In this document: positions 24,101-32,716 of the stretch, in pieces
How the letters are laid out: the number at the start of each line of letters is the position of its first letter
Numbering within the stretch: position 1 is the stretch's first letter
Made by a program: the position numbers and the translations under genes
Source: Perna viridis
Taxonomy: Eukaryota
Reading direction: 5' to 3'
Length of the DNA stretch: 64,000 nucleotides
Assembly (NCBI GenBank): GCA_037379345.1
Contig: CM074519.1
Coordinates: 33,940,103-34,004,102, forward strand
The notes under the pieces: generated by a model
Seen by the model: the letters and a program-made list of their open reading frames with translations, nothing else
The model's database searches: none
What the model was told of the DNA's origin: nothing

Positions 24101-26912
24101 GAGACATTTATGTCTAGAGAAGTGGGTATGAGACAATTATGTCTAGAGAAGTGGGTATGAGACATTTATGTCTAGAGAAGTGGGTATGAGACAATTATGT
24201 CTAGAGAAGTGGGTATGAGACATTTATGTCTAGAGAAGTGGGTATGATACATTTAAGTTATTGAGACTACTAAGCCAAAGCCTGAACTTCAGAAATAGTC
24301 TAGAGGTTTTTTCTTTATCTAAACTGAATATTTATTCATATGTTTTACCTACTAGTATTTCAATATTAAAAACGAAAATGTAGAAATATTAATTTCTGAG
24401 AAAGAAGGTCACTAATTTTATTTTTTTTTAAATATTCAACAATGTCGATAAAAAATTTCAAATTAAACAAAAAAGTTAACAACATTACGAAATGTACTTT
24501 CAGTTATTTTTATAAAATGAAAAAGAATAAAAACTGGCTAGGTCTAATGCTGAGCTGGGAGGTTATATAGAAGTATTCAATATTGGATAACCCAACTCTT
24601 CCGGACCTGGCATACTATATACATGTTATTGTTGGTATATAAGTATGGCATATGTAATTGTTTTAGGTCACATGGTGTGGAATAATAGCATACATCAGTA
24701 AAAAGACTGCAAATTAATTGCTACTTACTATTTTGTGGTAGGAAAAAAATTGTTTTTGCAAAAAATGTGACAAAATTGTTGTCTTCAATATTTGATAAAA
24801 TTATAACATTCTTCTTATTCAGCAAATAGCTTGAAAATTATATTACTTCTGTTGTTTGGCAATGGGAAACAAGTCAATATTATGTGAAATTGGGTTTTAA
24901 ATGTGCTATTTATAGCATGTTATATCTGAAATGAGGTCCGTTATTATTCTATTTTAGCTGTATTTTAAACCAGGATAAAAATAAAGTAAGATAGTGCCAT
25001 ATCTCTGATACATTAATAAAAATTAAGGTTCATCATTACCTTTAACAAATATGAGCTTTTAAGGAAGCTGGATATTGATTTTGGGGTCCATAACCCAAGC
25101 ATTATGAATAAGAAACTAAAAAGACAAGCATTATATTTAATTTGATATGAATTGCTTATTTTTTTCAATTTCTATGAAATTTAATTTTAAGTCTTGAATT
25201 CTTGATATTTAAGAATAATGTAAGCTAATAATACAATTTCTGATTTTCGGTCCAGTCTTCAAGTGGGTCCAAGTGGGGGTCAAATTAAATTTTAATTGAT
25301 GTCAAATGGATTCTTTGAAACTTGAGAAGTTGTCCACATTGAGGTTTAAAGGATTTAATTGAACTTTATTTCAACATGTGTTGAGTTATTTGGTGTTCTT
25401 TGATATCTTACTTTAATTGTTCACTGGTTTTAATAATACACCCCCAAACAAAATTTGTGAGGGGGGTATATAGGAATCACCCTGTCCGTCTATCCGCCCA
25501 TCTGTCCACATTTCTTGTAAGCCCAACTTCTCCTAAACTGCTCAAGGGATTTTGATGAAATCATACAGGATATGATATGTAGATGTGCATGAAGGAACAT
25601 AGTTACTGGTACAGTTGGATGACTCCAAAGGGATATAATCCAAATTATGGGTGTTTTTACATGTTACAAAGTCTTAGGTGCAACTCCACTTAAACCCCTG
25701 AAGAGATTTTGATGACATTTTATCAGAAGATTGGGTATGATATTTAGATGTGCATTAGGGAACATAATTACTGTCGGTGGACTCCAAAGGTAGATAATCC
25801 AAATTAAAGGTTTTACATGTTAATACCTTGTAAGATCCTCCTAAACTGCTCCAGGGATTTTGATGAAAATGTTTTGAAAGGTTGGGTATGATATGTAGAT
25901 GTGCATTAAGGAATATAATTATTTATGGATGACTCCAAAGGGAGATAGTTCAAATTATGGGTTTTACATATTACAACCTGGTAAGTACAACTCCTCTTTA
26001 ACCTGTGATGGGATTTTGATAAAATTTTATAGGAAGAATGGGTATGGTATGTAGATTAAGGAACATAATTTCTGTGGGAGGACTTCAGAGAGAGAGAATC
26101 TATATTAATGGCTTTACCTTTTTAAACCTCTTTGGATGACTCCAGAAGAGTACTTACAGAGAGAAATGCTTAGAATAATCTAAACATGATTTAGTTTTCA
26201 ACCTCACTATTATTTCTGTAATTGACAGTTTGTAACCAGCTGTTCGAAGCCACCATTATTAGGATTTTCTAACCTGGAACCACCATTTTCTGTCAGATGT
26301 GTTGAAGTCAGTGATGATCAGGTATGTAAGGAATTGGGAAAACTATTGGATTTTGTTAGAGGGGACTGTACCAAATATGAAATGAAAATACAGCACCAGA
26401 ATTCATGTTGAGCAAGTGTAAAGTAAAAACTGGTCAGTTTATAAATATGATCCTAGCCCTAGCTTCTTTTTGAAGAAGAGGTAGAAAAACTGAAAAGTTG
26501 GAGTGATGGGAAATCCATAGACAAAACATGTTGGGAACATCAAAATGACATTAGACGAAAAACTAACAGTCTTGGACTTAAAACAGAAAATATACTTTTT
26601 TATATCCAGTACAAAAAATGTTTCTGTCTTATTATTGCAAGAAAATGTGAGTTTTGCACAATGTTTGATTTGATGTTTAATGTTCAACAGTGATTTACAG
26701 TTGGATTGTTTTAATTACAGGACACCGGAGATACAGTTGGAAGTGTTCTGAAAGGATTTTTTAACATTAGGAAGAAAGACCCTGTAGGCAGACTACCAAC
26801 ATCCTCAACATGTTTTAATCTGTTAAAGTTACCAAATTACCAGAAGAAGAGTACTCTCAGAGAGAAGTTAAGATATGCCATTAGTTCTAATACAGGGTTT
26901 GAATTGTCGTGA
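138..26912 (+). CDS. UBE3B: Ubiquitin-protein ligase E3B (HECT E3), 29 coding exons in window, 5' end outside window
   Basis: Exons join in one frame through GT-AG sites (3072 nt = 1023 aa + stop). Recognisable UBE3B motifs: IQ motif [85 protein letters not shown], catalytic [18 protein letters not shown]-terminus NTGFELS*. Confidence 0.97.
1138..1208 (+). CDS. UBE3B: UBE3B exon ([23 protein letters not shown])
   Basis: ttttcag / gtaact; phase 2 to 1; poorly conserved but bridges the phases of its neighbours. Confidence 0.8.
1217..1473. repeat. Tandem duplication, about 127 bp x2
   Basis: tagc(g/a)tgcatgtacac...gtccattgcagc starts at 1217 and 1344. Confidence 0.9.
1781..1845 (+). CDS. UBE3B: UBE3B exon ([21 protein letters not shown])
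   Basis: ttacag / gtacct; phase 1 to 0. Confidence 0.88.
2126..2182 (+). CDS. UBE3B: UBE3B exon ([19 protein letters not shown])
   Basis: ttgtag / gtaatt; phase 0 to 0. Confidence 0.88.
2566..2670 (+). CDS. UBE3B: UBE3B exon ([10 protein letters not shown]...[13 protein letters not shown]...)
   Basis: actag / gtaagg; phase 0 to 0. Confidence 0.9.
3292..3652 (+). mobile_element. 3' end of a retroelement, probably Penelope-like (ORF tail plus 3' UTR); longest of five copies
   Basis: 3292-3375 reads [27 protein letters not shown], followed by the ~200-bp segment shared with four other copies. Confidence 0.7.
3670..3769 (+). CDS. UBE3B: UBE3B exon (PENHSD...[17 protein letters not shown])
   Basis: ttgtag / gttagt; phase 0 to 1. 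Confidence 0.9.
4571..4650 (+). CDS. UBE3B: UBE3B exon ([26 protein letters not shown])
   Basis: ttgcag / gtacag; phase 1 to 0. Confidence 0.93.
5102..5184 (+). CDS. UBE3B: UBE3B exon (SLLTHGLSR...AIVTIAL)
   Basis: gtgtag / gtaagt; phase 0 to 2. Confidence 0.92.
5666..5771 (+). CDS. UBE3B: UBE3B exon ([11 protein letters not shown]...[18 protein letters not shown])
   Basis: gctag / gtacat; phase 2 to 0. Confidence 0.93.
6113..6233 (+). CDS. UBE3B: UBE3B exon (CLNLL...[10 protein letters not shown])
   Basis: tttcag / gtaaga; phase 0 to 1. Confidence 0.92.
6315..6540. repeat. Two diverged ~166-bp units, probably a HINE-like internal repeat remnant
   Basis: tttcgtaacatttt.tc..ggaactactgatca.agcca at about 6315 and 6482. 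Confidence 0.55.
6681..6715 (+). CDS. UBE3B: UBE3B 35-nt exon ([11 protein letters not shown])
   Basis: ttacag / gtaagt; phase 1 to 0. Confidence 0.85.
6706..7050 (+). repeat. About 12 copies of a 24-29 bp minisatellite containing a 5' splice donor
   Basis: consensus ttagagGTAAGTttgattcactcagacaa. Confidence 0.92.
7398..7427 (+). CDS. UBE3B: UBE3B 30-nt microexon ([10 protein letters not shown])
   Basis: long polypyrimidine tract + tag / gtaagt; phase 0 to 0; fills the expected gap in the protein. Confidence 0.82.
8039..8151 (+). CDS. UBE3B: UBE3B exon (...[19 protein letters not shown])
   Basis: ttttag / gtcaga; phase 0 to 2. Confidence 0.95.
8655..8797 (+). CDS. UBE3B: UBE3B exon ([16 protein letters not shown]...)
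   Basis: tttcag / gtaagg; phase 2 to 1. Confidence 0.92.
9228..9383 (+). CDS. UBE3B: UBE3B exon (IIKKAIDK...[20 protein letters not shown])
   Basis: gtacag / gtaggt; phase 1 to 1. Confidence 0.93.
9577..9805 (+). mobile_element. Decayed tRNA-derived SINE with (CAAT)n tail
   Basis: A-box-like TGGTTAAGTGG 9587-9597, B-box-like AGATTCAATCCC 9628-9639, caatcaatcaatcaatc tail; body similar to the reverse complement of 56500-56555. Confidence 0.65.
9930..10104 (+). CDS. UBE3B: UBE3B exon ([29 protein letters not shown]...FCDAASHFV)
   Basis: tctcag / gtaagt; phase 1 to 2. Confidence 0.94.
10325..10913. mobile_element. MITE / foldback element with ~180-bp terminal inverted repeats and TA flanks
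   Basis: 10325-10505 is the near-perfect reverse complement of 10688-10913 apart from one ~45-50 bp indel; ends tatagtccaagtcacc / ggtgacttggagtata. Confidence 0.9.
11264..11382 (+). CDS. UBE3B: UBE3B exon ([14 protein letters not shown]...[15 protein letters not shown])
   Basis: cctcag / gtgagt; phase 2 to 1. Confidence 0.94.
11689..11893 (+). mobile_element. Short HINE/DINE-like (non-autonomous Helentron) element
   Basis: ttatgttcccc...ggagacgtattgttttt, (tctg)n, 3' ggggcaggagacatatgttttt in T-rich flanks. Confidence 0.5.
11995..12109 (+). CDS. UBE3B: UBE3B exon (...[18 protein letters not shown])
   Basis: aaccag / gtatat; phase 1 to 2. Confidence 0.94.
12417..12516 (+). CDS. UBE3B: UBE3B exon ([13 protein letters not shown]...LPHIIPFSE)
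   Basis: ttccag / gtatta; phase 2 to 0. Confidence 0.93.
12837..12956 (+). CDS. UBE3B: UBE3B exon (RVKLFRR...HRSRIVE)
   Basis: tttcag / gtcaga; phase 0 to 0. Confidence 0.93.
13198..13400 (+). mobile_element. Partial copy of a ~330-bp MITE-like family
   Basis: ctatggtagaggcgattaatggtgtagaaaacccaccga...tattcagatctgta shared with 45805-46130. Confidence 0.55.
13892..13969 (+). CDS. UBE3B: UBE3B exon (DGYRQLA...[13 protein letters not shown]), HECT start
   Basis: tttcag / gtgaag; phase 0 to 0. Confidence 0.95.
14841..14939 (+). CDS. UBE3B: UBE3B exon ([19 protein letters not shown]...FDPSLNLFK)
   Basis: gtgtag / gtaaaa; phase 0 to 0. Confidence 0.96.
15545..15652 (+). CDS. UBE3B: UBE3B exon (VTSEQKLYP...[14 protein letters not shown])
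   Basis: ttctag / gtatgt; phase 0 to 0. Confidence 0.96.
15953..16330 (+). mobile_element. HINE-like element fragment with two ~167-bp internal units
   Basis: tttttgtctccctt...aaggcgagacta inverted pair, ggcggcgtc microsatellite-like tract, repeated ttttctgataagttcatttcaacatgaa at about 16058 and 16225. Confidence 0.6.
17571..17708 (+). CDS. UBE3B: UBE3B exon ([13 protein letters not shown]...[18 protein letters not shown])
   Basis: tttcag / gtatgt; phase 0 to 0. Confidence 0.96.
18137..18261 (+). CDS. UBE3B: UBE3B exon ([14 protein letters not shown]...[15 protein letters not shown])
   Basis: ttacag / gtaaga; phase 0 to 2. Confidence 0.96.
18699..18881 (+). CDS. UBE3B: UBE3B exon ([12 protein letters not shown]...[23 protein letters not shown])
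   Basis: ttacag / gtaaga; phase 2 to 2. Confidence 0.96.
20007..20118 (+). CDS. UBE3B: UBE3B exon (RNTQYYGGY...WMWDIV...LFLK)
   Basis: tttcag / gtaagc; phase 2 to 0. Confidence 0.96.
20208..21136. repeat. 13-unit 70/71-bp minisatellite with two unit types and higher-order structure
   Basis: catgtatgggaacacctatgtgtccatctaa recurs every 70-71 bp. Confidence 0.97.
21139..21500 (+). mobile_element. Decayed HINE-like fragment
   Basis: tttttataccccc head, gtccatccgtc..tccatcc tract, two diverged units (atctc...atggatgg...tttcaaatt). Confidence 0.45.
22332..22445. repeat. 38-bp unit x3
   Basis: gataatgtctagccttcaacacagaaacttgtaggaaa. Confidence 0.9.
22575..24254. repeat. 29-bp satellite, about 58 copies
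   Basis: ttatgtctagagaagtgggtatgagaca(a/g/t) repeated head to tail. Confidence 0.98.
25435..26140 (+). mobile_element. HINE-like element carrying about 4 tandem ~154-bp units
   Basis: atacaccccc...ggggggtatat inverted pair, (gtcc/gtct)n tract, units starting near 25524, 25681, 25835, 25988 (caactcctc.taaac...ggattttgatgaaa...gatatgtagatgtgcat..aggaacataatt). Confidence 0.7.
26229..26321 (+). CDS. UBE3B: UBE3B exon ([31 protein letters not shown])
   Basis: tgacag / gtatgt; phase 0 to 0. Confidence 0.96.
26721..26912 (+). CDS. UBE3B: UBE3B last coding exon with catalytic Cys ([17 protein letters not shown]...NTGFELS*)
   Basis: ttacag acceptor; TGA at 26910-26912. Confidence 0.97.
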   Translation, partial: DTGDTVGSVLKGFFNIRKKDPVGRLPTSSTCFNLLKLPNYQKKSTLREKLRYAISSNTGFELS

Positions 26913-29900
26913 TTCACACTGAAGATGTTTCTCTCATCAAAATGTTTACCAAGCGATTTCCATTGTTATTGATTTCATACTTGTATAAAAGTAAGTGATT
27001 GATAATATTGAAGAATAGAAGTGTCAGTCTCGGTAAGAATCAGTCAGTGGATGAAACATGGCATGACAATTAGACAGTGTAACTTAACTATTTGTACCAT
27101 CAAAATCATGGCAAATAGACAAAATTTTTCTTTGTTTTGGTAAAAAGAGTTATTATTTCATTAAAATGCACTGCAAATAAACATTTCAAGGGAAGATAAC
27201 TTATCAATTCATTTTAATAGAAAATTTCAAAATTTACCCAGTAATGCAGAGATGAAATAGTGGCCATTTTAGATAAAGAAGACTTCTTTAAGTGAAATGA
27301 TATTGTCATATTTGTGGGGTTTTGACATGCATGTCTCAGATTTTTCCTTTTAAAGTTTTGCCTGATTCTTATAAAGATGTATTAAACTTATATACTGGTG
27401 GCCATTTGAAGAATTGAATTGGGCAATGGCAATATAATAGAGTGAGGGGTGTAAATTTGGCTGACTGAGCCCATCTTCCATCCCCCAATTTGTGTGGTCC
27501 TATCAATAATTTTTAGCAACAGTCATTATAATTATCAGACAGGAGCTGATACATGCATGTCAAAAACCCTCACATTTCACTTTTACTTATTATCCATAAA
27601 ACAGTATTACACCATATCACCAGGAGATATCTTTTTGTTTTGGTTGAAAATGAATGTAGGTTTTTCTCCAAAATCCAGATCTGTATACAGAAAAGACTAT
27701 TGTTACTTTCAATAGAAATACAGCATATATAGGCAGTAAACACATTGTTTATTCTGTGTTGTGTTTTTTGCACTTTGTATAACCTCTGCCTGCATTTTTA
27801 ATGATTGGTACTGGTATTTAAATACTGATGGTCTTTCTTAGGATGGAAATTGGATTTTGGTGTACATTGAGTATGAGCTTGGTGGATTGAGTCCATCTCA
27901 ACTTCCTTCATCTGTGTGGTCCTGTCATAGGTTTGAAAGGAATAAGTGGTATAAGTGGAGTGTGTTATTTGTGTAATTTATTATATATTATTTCAAATCA
28001 TGAAGTTGTAATATGTTGGAAAATTCTTAACATAGTTCAGTTGAGTTGATCGATGGTGTCATAAACAGTGGAGTTCTTTAAAGATTTTCAACTGTGCCAG
28101 TGTGAGTTTATTTTTTGTTAGGTTTAGGAGGATTTCCTCACCCTCTTGTTCGTGTCAACAAACTAAGATGGTGTTTAGCTTTAGAGGATTTTGTCTCCTA
28201 TTTGTGTGTGATCATCCATGTTATACTGACATTGTTTTTAGTGGTGTGCTTTGCATTTGTTATGTTTATAGCTATGTTTTAAAACATGGTTAAAGCTTTG
28301 TTAATAAGAATTTAAAAAACAATTAACATTCTTTTTTATAATTGTGTTAGTGTGGACCAATTTTGTAATAATTTTTTTCAAGTGCCCTATTTTCTCAGGA
28401 ACAGTGTAAACAAGCACTATTGGATGATTAACTATCTTTTTAAAATCAAAGCTTTTCTGCTTCTTTCAGCATGTTCAGTTTGTACAGAAAAAACTTTGTA
28501 AAATCCATCTTGATATTTTTTAATCATTTTTAAAATTATATTTTAATGGACTGGACTGAACTGGTTAAGTTTTAGGCAATTATATTTTTTCTTTAGTGTG
28601 AAAGTTATCTAAAATGTTTTGCTCTGCACACAGGTAAGAAGTACATTATCCCATTTATTGTTCAATTTGTAAACTATATGTTTGGGAGTTGGTTTTTTTT
28701 TTTCCCAATAGAAATGACCGAGTAATTCTGATTGGCTGCATTAGATGGATTAACTTGATTGATAGTTGTTTTGTTCTGTAACTAAGCACCACTGATGTGT
28801 AACTTAACAATTCACATATAATAGTAATCTACATGAAAAGCCATTAGATTAAGGATTCATGTAGCATTGATAATTTGCGCTCTTATGCATTGTAGATTCT
28901 TTTTTTCTTTATTTTTTGGAAAGGAAAGTTTCTTTTTCATTACATGTATTTGAAACTAGATACATGTAAAACATAATACATGCAGGTATAAACTATGAAC
29001 TATGTTAGGCCATTCAAATGTGATTCTTGGTTATCAGGCCATTTTCAAAAAATAAATTGTGAGATAATTTTATAGCCTGAAAACAGTGATAAGGATGATT
29101 GTACTATGTTCATAACAATAAATTATGAAACAGATATTGTGTTCAAGCTTCATTTATAGAGTCAAGGGAATACCTTTGAAGTAAGAAATTATTTTTAACT
29201 AGCCTAATGATTATAACTTAAGTTGTGAAATATTTTATTGTTATATTTTAAACAATAAATTGTAATGCATGATGTTACTAAGATGTGCATTTGATTTTAT
29301 TCTAAGTCCTTGTAACTTCATATAAAATATCGTAAATCATGATTTACTCTCCATTTAAGAGAGGAGTCTTATTCATTTTTATTATCAATTTTGTGTACGA
29401 TTTTTTCCCATAGACTACTCCAGCTGTGATATGTATATAGATAATATGAGCATGTATTTATTACTCAGGTTGACACAATTATTTTTAAACCTTAGGCCAA
29501 CGTTGAAATAATGTTTGTTTTCAGTTTAAATACCTACCAAGAAAATAATAGTCTTAAACTGTAGGTATATAAGCCTTAGTCATGAAAACTTGTTAGAAAA
29601 TAAATTTATCATTCTGGCACATCTGAATGATGATCTTTTAGATTTGAAGTAGAGGTTTAATACTTTCTCTTCCTATCTATTTTAACGTTTTTAGGGTAAT
29701 ATTGTAAAAGGGGCAACAAACTACTTTTCAGGTTGGCCTATATTATTATTTCTTCAATGTGCATGTCATGCCATATTTTGTAGGACAGTGTATTGTTTTT
29801 GTAAAAACATTAAAAGAGTCTTAAATCTGATTTTTATTATTAATAAATGGTAATTCCACAGACTCAGAAATATTTGTGTTGTATGAATGAAAATACAGTT

Positions 29901-30114
29901 GATATAGGAGAATTCAGTTATTGAGTTTGGGTATTTCATTTTTTTTCTTATTAATTAAAACTAAACTTTTTTTTTCTTAAACGAAAGAATATTATCATCA
30001 TAGTTATTTATTTTTTTTTTTTTATATTTTTGTTTCCTTTTTATCAATATTTCTTAAGTTATCAAATATTTTAATTTCCTATTGTACATAATAAAAAAGA
30101 AAAGCAAACCAGTG

Positions 30115-30218
30115 GATACATCCAGCTTGCACTTGATAATCAGATGTGTTTATAGGGTTATGGTGTGATACATCCAGATTGCACTGGATAATCAGATGTG
30201 TTTATCGGGTTATGGTAT
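30115..30218. repeat. ~52-bp tandem duplication
   Basis: gatacatccag.ttgcact.gataatcagatgtgtttat.gggttatggt x2. Confidence 0.85.
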
Positions 30219-31318
30219 ACAATTTATCTCCTGGTTAAATTATCATCATATAAACAAACCAGTCTCTATTGATGTATAGTTGACTATGGTCATTTATAAC
30301 AGTTTGCCTGATTACTATGTGTTTGCCATGATCATATTATTTTCAGTGACATATTAAATATTCAAGTCTTACGTGTAATTATTTGTAAGTGTGTATTAGT
30401 TTGTCCCTAGATTCCATCAAAATCTAATATCAAGTAGTTCCATGTTTCAGGTATATAACAAAATTCATGGGATAAATCAAGGATTTGTATAGTAGACTAC
30501 TACTATACATGTATTAAGTATGCTGACATGTTTGAGCTTGTTCAAATATAGTATGAAACTATATTCAGTGCACAGTGGCTGATTCATGGTGGGGTTCTTG
30601 GAACTGGAACCCTCTTGTTGGAAACATTTCATTATTACCTTGACAAAAAATGTCAAAAAATCTGGAAGCACCATTTTCATAAGAAGTATGTTCAGAAAAT
30701 ATTAGAATCAGCACCAAAAGTGTGTTTCATTGCTGTTGATGCATGTGTTGCACTAAAATTGTAGATGAAAATAAAACCAAATTAGAAAATTTAGCCAAAT
30801 TGTATTAAAATAACTTATTTCATGAGACAATTTTATGTACAAAATATAGAGTGCATTTGTCAAAATGTTTGATATTTATACAAAAATAGCCTTCCGTACC
30901 ATCACTACTCCTGTCAAAAAATCTTCTTGTTCTTTGCTTGTGCTCTATATTTTTGGATAAAAAACTACTCCTAATCCTCTCATTTTTGTGAAAATTCTTT
31001 GAAAACTGTGTAGAAGTAGAGTTTTGTGCCCTCCTTGTGACTAAATTATGACACAACAGCTTTTATTTTCTCGTATATTAGTATTCATCTAGTATTTTAG
31101 CTTTAAAATAGGCAGATAGAAAATTTCAAATAGTAAGTTGAAACTTTGTCAAAGTAGTAAGCCTGAACTTAGTGTTGATGAATTTACCCCTTTTATGATC
31201 CATACTATGAATATGCCAACTGTCAGCATACATGACCTTTTCTAACCATTTTATTCTTGTACATGTATTTATGTTGTCTATGCTAGAAGGAACTTTTTGG
31301 TAACCAATATAAAATGTA

Positions 31319-31361
31319 AATAAAATGTAATACCACTAACAACAATATCCATTTCTTTAAT
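31319..31361. terminator. Candidate opposed polyadenylation signals (AATAAA on plus at 31319-31324; ATTAAA on minus at 31361-31356)
   Basis: Located where the plus strand appears to switch from T-rich to A-rich between the two stop codons; other AATAAA candidates exist upstream. Confidence 0.4.
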
Positions 31362-32580
31362 ACAATTATCAATAAAAAATAACAGTAAAATATCCTACAA
31401 AGCACTTGACATCAGCAATATCAATTCATTAAGCTGTGGTACAAAGAACAATAGTTGTGTAGAAATGTAATCAGTGTGTACAGGTATTCCTTAGGTAAAA
31501 ATATTGCACAAATGTTTCATATAGCAACACAGAGAGAATTCAATCATATCATTAATGCAACTTTCAAAGAATTTTCAGATGAAAAAAAAAATGTGAAAAA
31601 GCATGAATTTAGTTGCAATTATGGAACTAAATTAAAACAAACAAAATGTCATGTGAAACACAAAGTCTCAATAAATAGGTATTCTCATACTAAAGCAGTC
31701 AATTTGATATTTGATGAAAATAAATGTATAAAAAGGGGTTATCAATCTTAAATTTAACATTGAATTATGATCATTTACATGTAGTATTCAACCCAATTAT
31801 TATTACAAAGTTCGGTACTAAATGATAATCATAGTACTAGAAAGATTTAAAAAGAAAGTAAAATGTGGTATGATGGTAGAAGCTGTAACAATCATTACTA
31901 TCAGTTATGTGTGCTTATTATGCTGTCTTTTTATAGCAGTTTGAAATAAAGTGGTACCATTTCCATTGTAAATTAGTGACTAAAACAGCTCAAAGTTTAC
32001 CATAACTAGCAGCTATTCAAATGTAAAAAGCAGTGTCCATTAGAACACATAGGTGTTCTGTGATGATAAAGTAGGATACATTGGTAAAATGTGGGGCAGA
32101 TTTCTACCTAGAGAGCTACTTGAATCACTCTGAAGCATAGCTATATTTATATTGAAATAAGTATTACTTTATTTCAAATTGCTAGAGAGCATACAGTTTA
32201 CATTTTAAAATTGACATGTGATAGATTTTGCAATAATTAGATCATAACATCAACAATGAGAAAGAAGCTTGAGAAAAAATATTTTACCTAAAAATAGAAT
32301 TTTTATGGACTGTCAACTAAACTCATATTTTAAGTCCAGTAGGAAATATCTCTGCCTTTTATACATGCTACTTAGGTTTCAGTTGTCATTCACTGCCCAA
32401 AATACCAACATGAGAATCTCATTATGATACTACATGTACTGTCAAATATTAATTTATCATATGATTATCATAAGTGGCACATTTGGCATCTAATTCATAT
32501 AACATAATATTGCTAACGAGGGCAGAATCTTCCCCTAACTAGTATCACAGATTTAACAATGTAACAATAATAGTGTATTA

Positions 32581-32716
32581 TTAACAAAGTGTTTTAAGTA
32601 ACTTTTGAATATCTGGTCTAACGTTAACTCCATGGAATTTCCATTCCAAGGCACTGAAATCAGCCACTTCTATTAATTCTTTCTGGTAATCTTTATGGTC
32701 TTCTGTTTCCTTAGTG
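32581..32716 (-). CDS. Minus-strand gene last exon (TKETEDH...ELIEVADFSALEWKFHGVNVRPDIQKLLKTLC*)
   Basis: ctatttcag acceptor, phase 2, TAA stop. Confidence 0.85.

Noticed and set aside
22575-24254. 29-bp array as a CRISPR array
   Set aside because: Units are head-to-tail with no unique spacers, there are no cas genes, and the array is in a spliceosomal intron.
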